Source: an uncultured delta proteobacterium
GTDB lineage: Bacteria; Desulfobacterota; Binatia; Binatales; Binataceae
Reading direction: 5' to 3'
Assembly: GCA_963842085.1 (NCBI GenBank)
Contig: CAWJET010000001.1
Location: 2,528,001 to 2,592,000 of the forward strand
Length of the DNA: 64,000 nucleotides
Of this stretch, positions 51,324-60,615 are shown one piece after another (positions within the stretch are counted from its first letter, which is position 1; each line of letters opens with the position of its first letter). The position numbers and the translations under genes were made by a program. Under the pieces are notes generated by a model. The model ran no database searches. It was not told where the DNA came from and worked only from the letters and a program-made list of their open reading frames with translations.

Positions 51324-53095
51324 CGCGACCTAACCCGGTCCGCGCCCAGCCGCCGCTCGCGGAGATAGTCGCCGACCACTTCCCGAATCCGGCTCACGAA
51401 ACGCTCGGCCGCAAACAAGTTGCGGCGCGACGCGATGTGACTGCGCAGGCTCGCCTGACATTCGCTGTCACCTAGCGCGCGCAGAATCTTGTTCACCGCG
51501 TCCTGTCGCGAGGTGTAAGTCAGCCGTTCATCGTTGCCGACAATCTCGACCTGCCCGCCGCTGTTCGGAATGAAGGTGATGCATCCGGCGCTGACGAGTT
51601 CGGCGACCGCCATGCCGAAAGGCTCCTCGTTCATCGCATGGATGCCGTAGCGATGACTCGCGATCAGCTCGACGAGCTCCGGGCGCGATATTCCTTCGTG
51701 CAGATGGACCCAGGACGCGTGGTCCTGAACCAGCCGCCGGATCGAAGCCACGTAGCCGGGGGATTCTCCCTTTCCCACCACGTGGAGATGCACCGCTAGG
51801 CCGGCAGCCCGGACCGCGGACAAAATCTCGATCATCAGCTCAATCTGTTTGCAGGGTATGAGGCGCCCGACGCAAACGAATCCGTCCTCGCGCCGCTCCC
51901 AGGGCACGTCCGGAAATTCGCCAATCGCCGGCGGATACACCGTCATGGTCTCGACGCCGAACAATTCCCGGACGCTGCGTCCTGTAAAGTCCGAGTTCAC
52001 CAGCGTGAGATTTTTCCGCATCCGCTCCCATGAGACCCCGGTCAGGCGGTCGATCGTAGCGCGATACGTCCGTACTGCCGGCGCCAGCCACCAGTATGCC
52101 TCCGCTCTCGACGCGTTACGTCCGTTTTTCGGGGAGTGAATATACTGGATGCCGCGGAAGCCGACGTCAGCCTCGTTGTGGCCCGATAGAACCACATCGA
52201 AGCGGTCTGCGATCCGGCGGCTCCGCCTCCACAGATACTGATTCTCGATCCTGGTCAGAGATTTCTGCGCGACGGCACGGACCAGCGGGTTCATGACCAG
52301 GAATTCGGCGTCTGAAGCGCAAAGATCGGTCGCAAAAAAACGGTTCAATCCCTCGAGATCGGGAGGAGTCCAGGTCAACACAGTCAGCCGATAGTCGCGC
52401 TTCAGCGACTCGAGGATCCACGCAAGCAGGCCTTCTCCTCCGCCGGGCGGTTCGAGTTTGGATGCGACGATCAAAATGCGCTTCATCGGCGCCTGAACTG
52501 CTTCGGCCGGGAGCGCACTTCCGTCGAGCCTGGCTTGCGCGTGGTGGTCCTTCACGACTTCCAGCTCGTTGTGCAACTCCTCGGCTGGAAAGAACGCCGA
52601 GAAGCGGCGTTCGTATCTTGGCGGATTCCAATTGGCCAATCTGGCACCGACTCTCTCCAGGATGCGCGTCCGTGTTGGCGGAAAAACGAGCCACGTGTTG
52701 CGCCGCCTGAACCGCGGCTCGCCAAACGCGTTTGGGTGCTCGCCGGTGAAAAACTGGAAGCTGTAGTAGCCGAAGAAATGGCAATGCGTCGGGTCGGTGA
52801 ACGCATTGGGCGAGGAAAAGTGCGGCGTAACTATTTTGACTGTCGCGCCATGACGGCAGACGCGATGGATTTCCTCCATTGTGGCGACCGTGTCGTGAGG
52901 ATGTTCGATCACATGAGTCGCGATCACCGCTCCGAACCGATTGTCGGGAAACGGCCAGGGACGCTGATTGAGATCGTGCACGACATCCGCACCTACGTCC
53001 GCGCGCACGTCGACGTTGATCGCCCCCGCAATCAGGTTATGCCCGCAGCCGAGGTGCAGGACATCTTTCTTTCTTCTGGTCGTGGCTGTCCTCCA
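51320..53095 (-). CDS. SAM methyltransferase domain in frame with ALG11-like GT4 (copy 2; GT domain from ATG 52486); 5' end abuts an IS110 remnant
   Basis: VLHLGCG..INVD..ADVVHDL..PWPF..HVIEH..DPTH methyltransferase domain, then GGGEGLLAW, YIHSP, NSDFT, VYPP and GIHAMNEEPFGMAVAELVSAG. Confidence 0.75.
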   Translation of the reverse strand, partial: WRTATTRRKKDVLHLGCGHNLIAGAINVDVRADVGADVVHDLNQRPWPFPDNRFGAVIATHVIEHPHDTVATMEEIHRVCRHGATVKIVTPHFSSPNAFTDPTHCHFFGYYSFQFFTGEHPNAFGEPRFRRRNTWLVFPPTRTRILERVGARLANWNPPRYERRFSAFFPAEELHNELEVVKDHHAQARLDGSALPAEAVQAPMKRILIVASKLEPPGGGEGLLAWILESLKRDYRLTVLTWTPPDLEGLNRFFATDLCASDAEFLVMNPLVRAVAQKSLTRIENQYLWRRSRRIADRFDVVLSGHNEADVGFRGIQYIHSPKNGRNASRAEAYWWLAPAVRTYRATIDRLTGVSWERMRKNLTLVNSDFTGRSVRELFGVETMTVYPPAIGEFPDVPWERREDGFVCVGRLIPCKQIELMIEILSAVRAAGLAVHLHVVGKGESPGYVASIRRLVQDHASWVHLHEGISRPELVELIASHRYGIHAMNEEPFGMAVAELVSAGCITFIPNSGGQVEIVGNDERLTYTSRQDAVNKILRALGDSECQASLRSHIASRRNLFAAERFVSRIREVVGDYLRERRLGADRVRSR

Positions 53096-53104
53096 TGGGG
53101 ACGC

Positions 53105-53675
53105 CGGTTGGTGCCGCGTCAGCACTCCAGCGGCAATCATAACGTGCTGCTCGGCATCAGCAAGCGCGGCGATCGCTACTTGCGCACCCTGCTCATTCAC
53201 GGGGCCCGCTCAGCTTTGTCCAGGGTCGAGCGCAGACGCGACCGGCGCAGCATCTGGGCGAACCGACTCAAGCTCGCGCGCGGGTTCAATGTGGCGGCGG
53301 TGGCGCTGGCGAACAAGAACGCGCGCATCATCTGGGCGTTGCTCACGCGCGGCGATAACTATCGACCGGCGGTCTCTGTCTCTACCGACCCGGGTAAGCA
53401 AGCAGCCCGATCAAACGCTCTCTTATCGGAGGAACAATCTCACCATGGTTGCGGAGGTCGTTTTGTCGGTGATGGGTAACCGGTCGGACCGGCGCTTTCC
53501 AAACCTGTCCTGTCGCTAGGCCCTCGAGGCCGTTCAGTTGACCAGGAGAAGGCGCGCGGATTTCCATCAGGGCCAGGAGTTATAATCATGCTCCTTAAAC
53601 AGGCCGAATATATCGCTGCAACCGTTTCACCTTCCCACCAGACAATCGCCTTTCGCTCGGGGCTGGGTCCACATA
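53105..53675 (+). mobile_element. IS110/IS1111-family 3' remnant: transposase C-terminus plus long non-coding right end
   Basis: LVPRQHSSG...GISKRGDRYLRTLLIHGARS...AAVALANKNARIIWALL; downstream GGTCGGACCGG...GCGGATTTCCATCAGGGCC...AGGCCGAATATAT...GGGTCCACATA. Confidence 0.85.
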
Positions 53676-54091
53676 AGGCGACGAAGCCGCCGTTTTCGAT
53701 TACCTCCGCCGGCACGCCTTCGACCTCTTTCCTGGCGAGTATGGGTTTCACGGCTTCACCCCGGCAAACTCGCGCAGCGCCGACGATGGCACGTGAGTTG
53801 CCCGCCAACGTGTAGGGAGGTGATGGTTATGCCAGTTGGTTTGCTACTTCTCCTTGTGCTGATTACATTTGCGCTGTATTTCGATCAAAACGGGAGCGTT
53901 CGGGAGGAGAAATTGGGCCAGCCATCTGCCGCCTTTCGGCACAGGCACAAAAATAATGCCACCTTTTGGCACAGGTATAGAAGTAATCAGAATTCCTCAG
54001 ATTCGTCACGCTAGGTTTTCCCGAGGGCGGGCCGAGTTCAGCCTTTCACGGGGACAAGTTCCAGGAGGAAGGCCCAGCAAGAGCGTCCGAG

Positions 54092-54562
54092 CTAGGGGGC
54101 GGTCGCCTTCTTTCCTCGCGCTGTCGTCAGAATTCGCTTTGAAGTAACGCCGGGCGAAGCTACAACCGCAGTGAGTCTCGTAGGAATCTTATCCCGAACC
54201 TTCCGCGGCGCCGACATCAGGTATCCGTCTTTCAGAATCGGCGCGGTCTGGTCCCATTTGACTTTGTAATCGATACGAACGCCTACCCATCCTTTCTTGC
54301 CCATATATGGCGGAACAAAAAACCGCTTCGGATCCGAGTTGACAAGGAGTTCCTGAACCATCGCGGGCGCCTTGATCCACACCGCCAGGTGGCCGCTGTC
54401 GTGGTGATTGTTGTCAGTCATGGCGAACATGCTTCCACCAGTGACGCGAAACGTACACTCGCCCCAGGCCTCTTTCTCGAAGACCTCGGGTAGTGCGAGA
54501 CAGATCTCGCGCAACCGCTTTATCGCACGATTCGAATCGTCATACATGCGAGGATGTGCCAT
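54092..54562 (-). CDS. MmcQ/YjbR family protein
   Basis: LREICLALPEV.E..AWGE.TFRV...MFAM...RFFVPPYMG.KGWVG. Confidence 0.88.
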   Translation of the reverse strand: MAHPRMYDDSNRAIKRLREICLALPEVFEKEAWGECTFRVTGGSMFAMTDNNHHDSGHLAVWIKAPAMVQELLVNSDPKRFFVPPYMGKKGWVGVRIDYKVKWDQTAPILKDGYLMSAPRKVRDKIPTRLTAVVASPGVTSKRILTTARGKKATAP

Positions 54563-54574
54563 CGGATGATTCGC

Positions 54575-54960
54575 TCACTTCTTATTGGTAGCAATCCACC
54601 AGGTGTTGCCGGAGGTGTCCTTCACGCCGCCGACCCGGTCGCCCCAGGTCATGTCGGCCGGTTCTCTGATTGCCTTGGCGCCGAGGCTCACCGCGCGTTT
54701 GTAGGTGGCATCGAGGTCGGGAACGTAGAGATAGATCGCTGCCGCCATCGAGGGGTCGGAAAAATAGCCGTTGCCAAACAGCAGTTGCGCGTCGCCGATT
54801 CGGGCCTCGGCATGGAATTGCCCCTCGCGTCGGGTGTCGGGGTATGTGTCACCTCGGCGCCGAAGGCGTTCTTGAGAAAGTCTACAAGGTCGAGCTTCGC
54901 ATACAGATACGGCGTGATTGTCGTGTAACCGGGCTGAATGTGCTTGGTCGTTGCGCTCAT
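54575..54960 (-). pseudogene. VOC/PhnB-like glyoxalase family protein, frameshifted
   Basis: PGYTTITPYL...FLKNAFGA, then in other frames HAEARIGD, YVPDLDATYKRA and WGDRVGGVKDTSGNTWWIAT. Confidence 0.8.
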
Positions 54961-55299
54961 GAGACTCCTCCTTTGCGATCGCGCGGTTGATAATACGCGG
55001 GTGTCCTGATTATTAGAACCTCCCAATCCGAAACGTCACGGGCCCGAACGAAGCGGTGCAACGCCGTGCACCTCTCCGCGGCCTCAGTGAGGTTTATCGA
55101 ATCCTGTTAAGCTGGTCGTTGTTCGCGAGCAATCACGGCCTCGGCATGGCGATCGCGCAACTCGATTTGACGAACTGGACGGCCTGCCGCATCGACCTTC
55201 CGTAGAACTATCGTTGCATGGCCCGTCGCGGCGCGTGGCAGGGCGCCGGGTAGCCGCATCGCCCGATCTGAACGGCCGTCGGTGCGGGATCGAAGTCGG

Positions 55300-55860
55300 G
55301 CTCCAGCATCCTCAGTACGATCGAGGTCCTCGCGCCGGAGCGTCCCGATCAATCTCTCAACGAAAGCATGAGAACGGGGCGTACAGAGAATGGCTTTAAT
55401 CTCGTGAATTTCAAGTATCCGAAGGTTCGAAAACCATCGGTGGAAACGAAACACTGCCTCGTTATCTGAGGAAAGAAATTTCGGTGTGGTCTGCCGAACA
55501 TCCGGCAGATGAGCGGGCCGTCGAGATTAGCCGCGGCAACGCCAAAGCCGATGTTGCGGCGCGTGAATACGTCCATCACGACCATGACCCAGAAGCTCCT
55601 GAGCAGAATCGATTCGCAGCGAAACAGGTCGACGCTCCACAGGTTGTCTCTGGCGTGCCCGATCACGGTGAGCCACGAAAGGCCCTCACCACCTGGCAGC
55701 GGTCTGTAGTGTTGGATGAGTATGCGACGCACGATATCCTTATTGATGTCGATACCGAACGCGCTCGATATTTGCTCGGCAATCTTTCGGCAGCCGAAGC
55801 GGGGGTTGCGTCGTTTCATCTCGAGGATCGTGTCGATGAGGTCGCTTGAGGGACCTTTGG
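55300..55860 (-). mobile_element. Degraded integrase-core (rve, IS481/IS3-like) transposase remnant
   Basis: ILEMKRRNPRFGCRKIA...LWSVDLFRCES...VMDVFTRR; FVERLIGTLRRE.LD in another frame. Confidence 0.8.
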
Positions 55861-55886
55861 TCTCGTCGGCGTCGGTGCGATGGAGA

Positions 55887-55962
55887 GCCACCCTAGCTCA
55901 GTTGGTAGAGCAGCTGATTTGTATTCAGCAGGTCGTCGGTTCGAATCCGACGGGCGGCTCCA
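55887..55962 (+). tRNA. tRNA-Thr(TGT)-like, probably chimeric or pseudo
   Basis: Full cloverleaf with CCA; anticodon loop TTTGTAT; A-C mismatch in the acceptor stem (GCCACCC/GGGCGGC); first 33 nt identical to the tRNA at 24299. Confidence 0.8.
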
Positions 55963-56008
55963 GGAAAGGGGGGAGTGATCCCGCGGTTTTATCGACGATA
56001 GGGACTCC

Positions 56009-56038
56009 TTGCATCTTACATTTCTATAATACTAGAAT
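56009..56038 (+). promoter_or_regulatory. Putative arsR promoter/operator
   Basis: TTGCAT (-35-like) and TAGAAT (-10-like) overlapped by the inverted repeat TTCTA-TAATAC-TAGAA, just upstream of the arsR ATG. Confidence 0.55.
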
Positions 56039-56045
56039 AATCGTA

Positions 56046-56414
56046 ATGGGACGGTTTGTCTCTCAACTGAACGCACTTGGACAGTCCGGTCGCCTTGAAA
56101 TCTTCCGCCTGCTGGTCCGCGCCGGCCCGCAGGGGAACTGCGTCGAGGAGATCAAGCGGCGGGTCAAGATGCCGGGCTCGACGCTGTCTCATCACCTTGA
56201 CGCACTGACCCGATGCGAGCTGCTGACCGCACAGCGCTCCGGGCGATTCATCTACTACGCAATCGATTGGGCGAAAACTGCAAAGTTGATCCGATTCATG
56301 ACTGAAGACTGTTGCGCCGATCTCCACAAGACCCTCGGCGCATCACCGGATCGTTCGCTATCCGCCAATCGCAAGAAATTAGATAGACGAAGGTTTCCAG
56401 TAGCAACAACCTAA
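56046..56414 (+). CDS. arsR: ArsR/SmtB family repressor with C-terminal CC (AfArsR-type)
   Basis: ALGQSGRLEIFRLLV.AGP.G...STLSHHL..L...RSGRFIYY...MTEDCC; directly upstream of arsM. Confidence 0.88.
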   Translation: MGRFVSQLNALGQSGRLEIFRLLVRAGPQGNCVEEIKRRVKMPGSTLSHHLDALTRCELLTAQRSGRFIYYAIDWAKTAKLIRFMTEDCCADLHKTLGASPDRSLSANRKKLDRRRFPVATT

Positions 56415-56459
56415 TCAATTGGCTTCCGCGATTTTCGCGGGCAACTTTGGAGGTCCACG

Positions 56460-57272
56460 ATGAGTAACGAATCGATAAGGGAAAGGGTCAGGGAAGAGTA
56501 CGCGCAAGCGGCGCTGCGGGTCACGAATCAGGGCGGCACATGCTGCGGTTCGGCAGCGCCTGCGGGAAACCCGATCACGTCGAATCTCTACGCGGACGGC
56601 GAGACCACTGCGCTTCCCGCCGAGGCGGTTGCAGCGTCGCTCGGATGCGGGAATCCAACCGCGCTCGCCGAGCTGAAGCCAGGCGACACCGTGCTCGACC
56701 TGGGATCGGGCGGCGGAATCGACGTGCTGCTCTCCGCGCGCAGAGTCGGACCTGCGGGCAAGGCGTATGGGCTCGACATGACCGACGAGATGCTCGCGCT
56801 GGCGCGCGAGAACCAGCGCAAATCGGGCGTTCAGAATGTCGAATTCCTCAAAGGCGAGATCGAGCATATTCCGCTGCCCGACAACTCGGTCGACGTGATC
56901 ATCTCGAACTGTGTGATCAATCTCTCGGGCGATAAAGATCGCGTGCTGAGTGAAGCGTTTCGCGTGCTGAAACCGGGTGGGCGATTCGCCGTTTCGGATG
57001 TCGTGGTGCGCGGCGAGATGCCCGGCGGCATTCGCCACCGCGTCGAGTTGTGGGCCGGATGCATCGCAGGTGCGTTGGAGGAATCGGAATACCGAACGAA
57101 GCTCGCCGCGGCTGGATTCGACCAGATCGGGGTAGAACCGACGCGCATTTACACGGCGGCTGACGCGAAGGGACTTCTTGCGAAAAATGAAGACGTGGAG
57201 AAAGTCGCGCAGATGGTGGACGGCAAATTCATGAGCGCTCTTGTCCGTGCCCGCAAGCCAGCGCGAAGCTAA
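56460..57272 (+). CDS. arsM: Arsenite S-adenosylmethionine methyltransferase
   Basis: [52 protein letters not shown]. Confidence 0.95.
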   Translation: MSNESIRERVREEYAQAALRVTNQGGTCCGSAAPAGNPITSNLYADGETTALPAEAVAASLGCGNPTALAELKPGDTVLDLGSGGGIDVLLSARRVGPAGKAYGLDMTDEMLALARENQRKSGVQNVEFLKGEIEHIPLPDNSVDVIISNCVINLSGDKDRVLSEAFRVLKPGGRFAVSDVVVRGEMPGGIRHRVELWAGCIAGALEESEYRTKLAAAGFDQIGVEPTRIYTAADAKGLLAKNEDVEKVAQMVDGKFMSALVRARKPARS

Positions 57273-57589
57273 AGCGAGACAGTTTCGATGGCACTAACAT
57301 TCCTGATTCACTCATAGGCAGCCGCGCCGCATGGCTTGGCGTTGAGCAAGCCATGCGAAGCGACTGGATCTATGTCCCGCAGCACCCGGATTCATCGTGA
57401 CGGGAAGAAAAAGATCGACTGACCTGCCTGTTGACACCTGAAACGGCTGCTCGCCCACGACATTCAACCACTCTTCATGGTGGCGAACGCGGTCCAGCTC
57501 AGGACCAAACGCCACAGCTGGTTGACAAGGCGCACGGTCGCGCACGCGGACCGGCATCGCCGGGCTTGACGTAATCGAGCGCATATTGG

Positions 57590-59851
57590 ATGTTTCGTTC
57601 GGCTGTCGTGAATGCGATAAACCCCGTCGCGCGAGGAGATGACTTGCCCGAACAGAACCCGATCAGAGTTGCGGTTATCGGCGGTGGGTGCGCCGCGATT
57701 GCGGCAGCTTTCGAGTTAAGCCGTCCCGCACACAAAGGCAAATACCAGGTAACCATTTATCAGCTCGGTTGGCGGCTAGGAGGGAAAGGAGCTTCGGGCC
57801 GCGGCCCGGCGGATCGAATAGAAGAGCACGGCCTCCATCTGTGGATGGGATCCTATGAGAATGCATTTCGGCTGATACGCGAGTGCTATGCGGAACTCAA
57901 GCGGGATCGAACTAAGTGCAGAATCGCGGACTGGCGCGATGCATTTTCTCCGGCGCCTTTCATTGGCCTGGCGGAGCGAGCACGCGACGGCTCCTATTGG
58001 AACTTTCTTTCGTACTTTCCGCCGGGGGATGGTCTTCCGGGCGATCCCCTTAGCGAAAATGATCCTTTCACTGTAACGTCCTATCTAGCGCGCACCGCCA
58101 GCATACTGCGTACGCTGCTGCTTGCCGTGCAAGCGGGGCGGAGCAGTAGGAGTGCGCCGAACGTAGGGCGCGGAACCTCGAATAGCCAGCGCTCCCATAA
58201 GTCAGGTCTTAACGCGGGCGAAGTATCCGGCGATCCTTCCCAGCGTGTCGCGCGTCTCCTCGGTCTGGGCGGGATTGCGACCACGGCCGGACTTATCGAG
58301 GCCGTCGAAATGCTCGAGATGTTGTTCGCGCCGCGCTCGAGCTACCCGGCTAATGGAATCGTGCAGCTCCTTGACCTGATCGCGGCTAGCGCCCGCCGCC
58401 AACTCGAGGCTTTGATCGAGAACGATCCCGAGCTGCTGGTGCTATGGCAGGGAATCGATCTGGCGATGGCATCGATGCGGGGAATTCTTCGCTTCGGACT
58501 GGTTTCAGACCCGCGGGGTTTCGACGCGATCAACGATTACGACTTTCGCGAATGGCTGCGAATCAACGGCGCGTCGGAGCGCTCGATCGAGTCACCCTTT
58601 ATCCGCGGCGCATACGATCTGGTGTTCGCGTACGAAGATGGAGACTATCAGCAACCGAAACACGGGGCAGGCGTTGCGCTGCGCGGCGCATTGCGCATGC
58701 TGTTCAGCTCGCGCGGCGCGATCTTCTGGAGAATGAACGCCGGCATGGGAGATACGGTCTTCGCGCCCATGTACGAGGTGCTTAAGAAGCGCGGAGTCGT
58801 CTTCAGATTTTTCCATCGCCTGGAGAGAGTAAGACTCGCGGATCCCGCCGACCTTGCCGAGGGTGAGCGCGCTTACGTCAAGGCGTTGGAATTCGACGTG
58901 CAGGCCAAGGTCAAGGAGGGAAAGGAGTATGCGCCGTTGATTGATGTGGGCGGGCTGCCATGCTGGCCGTCGAAGCCGGATTGGTCGCAACTGATTGACG
59001 GGCGCAGGTTCGACCGCGAAGGGTGGGACTTCGAATCGCATTGGGACAAGAGAAAAGCCGGTACCGAGGTATTGCGCGTGATCGATGATTTCGATTTCGT
59101 CGTGCTAGGTGTCGGGCTGGGAGCTATTCCATACGTATGCCAGGACTTTATCGAGCGCGATCAGCGATGGTCCGACATGGTTACGCATTTGAAGACCGTT
59201 AATACACAGGCGTTTCAGATCTGGCTGCGCGATGACATGGAACAACTGGGATGGAATGATCCTCCGCTAGCCCTGTCGGCGTTCGTGCAGCCATTTGAAA
59301 CCTGGGCCGACATGAGCCACTTGATAGGAGAGGAAGGATGGAAGGTCCGGCCGGGAGCTATTGCGTACTTCTGCAGCGCGCTGAAGGACCCTGTCTCGCC
59401 GCGAGCAACATCGGATGCCAGTTACGCCAAGCGACGACGGCAGGAAGTTCGCGAAAAGGCGATTCGCTATCTTAATAATGACATCGTACAGCTATGGCCT
59501 AAGGCGGTAAGGCGTCGCGGCGAATTCAGGTGGGATATATTGATGGACCCAAAAGAGAAGGCGCCTGGTCGTCAAGCGCGTGGCAAGAATGAGGCGCGCT
59601 TCGATTCTCAGCATTGGACGGCAAACGTGAATCCGAGCGACCGGTACGTCCTTTCGCTGCCAGGGACGCAGAAGTACCGCATCTCGCCACTGGACAACAC
59701 CTACGACAATCTGACAATAGCTGGTGATTGGACGACGTGCGGGTTGGATGCGGGATGCGTTGAAGCGGCAGTGATTTCCGGCCGGTTGGCGGCACACGCG
59801 ATTGCATCTTCGCCGCCGCTCGAAGATATAGTCGCGTATGACCATCCTTGA
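57590..59851 (+). CDS. FAD-dependent oxidoreductase, carotenoid desaturase/amine oxidase-like (likely TTG start at 57644)
   Basis: VAVIGGGCA Rossmann motif; YQLGWRLGGKGASGR; RIEEHGLHLWMG.Y.NAF; AGMGD; NLTIAGDW..GCVEAAV.SG. Confidence 0.88.
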   Translation: MFRSAVVNAINPVARGDDLPEQNPIRVAVIGGGCAAIAAAFELSRPAHKGKYQVTIYQLGWRLGGKGASGRGPADRIEEHGLHLWMGSYENAFRLIRECYAELKRDRTKCRIADWRDAFSPAPFIGLAERARDGSYWNFLSYFPPGDGLPGDPLSENDPFTVTSYLARTASILRTLLLAVQAGRSSRSAPNVGRGTSNSQRSHKSGLNAGEVSGDPSQRVARLLGLGGIATTAGLIEAVEMLEMLFAPRSSYPANGIVQLLDLIAASARRQLEALIENDPELLVLWQGIDLAMASMRGILRFGLVSDPRGFDAINDYDFREWLRINGASERSIESPFIRGAYDLVFAYEDGDYQQPKHGAGVALRGALRMLFSSRGAIFWRMNAGMGDTVFAPMYEVLKKRGVVFRFFHRLERVRLADPADLAEGERAYVKALEFDVQAKVKEGKEYAPLIDVGGLPCWPSKPDWSQLIDGRRFDREGWDFESHWDKRKAGTEVLRVIDDFDFVVLGVGLGAIPYVCQDFIERDQRWSDMVTHLKTVNTQAFQIWLRDDMEQLGWNDPPLALSAFVQPFETWADMSHLIGEEGWKVRPGAIAYFCSALKDPVSPRATSDASYAKRRRQEVREKAIRYLNNDIVQLWPKAVRRRGEFRWDILMDPKEKAPGRQARGKNEARFDSQHWTANVNPSDRYVLSLPGTQKYRISPLDNTYDNLTIAGDWTTCGLDAGCVEAAVISGRLAAHAIASSPPLEDIVAYDHP

Positions 59852-59865
59852 GAGGTGGGGCGAAC

Positions 59866-60591
59866 ATGAGCGAGCGGAAACGTCTTCATCGCGATGATCC
59901 GGCCAGAATTTCGCCGATCCGTGATTTCTCGAAACTCTACCACCGGCCCAATTTGGTGAACGGCACCAATCCTGCCAAGCCGGTTCCTTCCGAAGGGCCG
60001 CGCCGCGCTCCGGCGGGCGGCCCTCTGGCAGAAGGCGTCGGACTAGCCTATAGCGTCATCGAAAAGTATATCGCGGAAGGGCGGCGAACGGCCGAAGGGT
60101 TTAGCAGTCAGCCTTACACAACTCGCGCGGCGACCGATAACCTGCAGGACATTCTCGAACGGATTCTGCGTTTCCAGGCCGAGATAGTTCCGCTCTTCAT
60201 CGAGACGCTGGCCACAGTGGTGAGAGTCGATCCGTCGCGAAACGGTTATGCAGCAGCGCCCGATGTCTGGCCGCGGCCAAACGGCGCGCCAATTAACGCG
60301 ACAATGCCGGTATCTATCGAAGTAGTCTCAGTCCGACCGGTCCAGGTGTCGGTTGAAGTTCGGCCGAATTCCGAACCGCAGTCCCTCGTCGCGCTCGGCT
60401 TGAACGCGGTCGATCCCAGGAAACCCGCGCTGACGGAGGTCAGTTTCGTGCCTGACGACGAGGTTCGAGGACGGGCCAGACTACGTATTCGAATACCAGA
60501 CCGTCAACCACCTGGTACCTATTCTGGAGTGATTGTGAACCGGGACAGTGGCGAGACTCGGGGGACACTGAGCATTCGAATTGCTGGCTAG
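59866..60591 (+). CDS. Hypothetical protein (helical N-terminus, beta-sandwich C-terminus)
   Basis: GAGGTGG RBS; EGVGLAYSVIEKYIAEGRR; RIRIPDRQPPGTYSGVI; in operon with neighbours. Confidence 0.75.
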   Translation: MSERKRLHRDDPARISPIRDFSKLYHRPNLVNGTNPAKPVPSEGPRRAPAGGPLAEGVGLAYSVIEKYIAEGRRTAEGFSSQPYTTRAATDNLQDILERILRFQAEIVPLFIETLATVVRVDPSRNGYAAAPDVWPRPNGAPINATMPVSIEVVSVRPVQVSVEVRPNSEPQSLVALGLNAVDPRKPALTEVSFVPDDEVRGRARLRIRIPDRQPPGTYSGVIVNRDSGETRGTLSIRIAG

Positions 60592-60615
60592 TAAAGTGTA
60601 CTGACCATAGGACTT

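Noticed and set aside
53096-53200. N-terminus of the 626-aa ORF 51320-53200
   Set aside because: It is the antisense reading of the IS110 transposase remnant.
55716-56045. N-terminal extension of ArsR in the 232-aa ORF
   Set aside because: It runs through a transposase remnant and the tRNA; the real start is probably ATG 56046.
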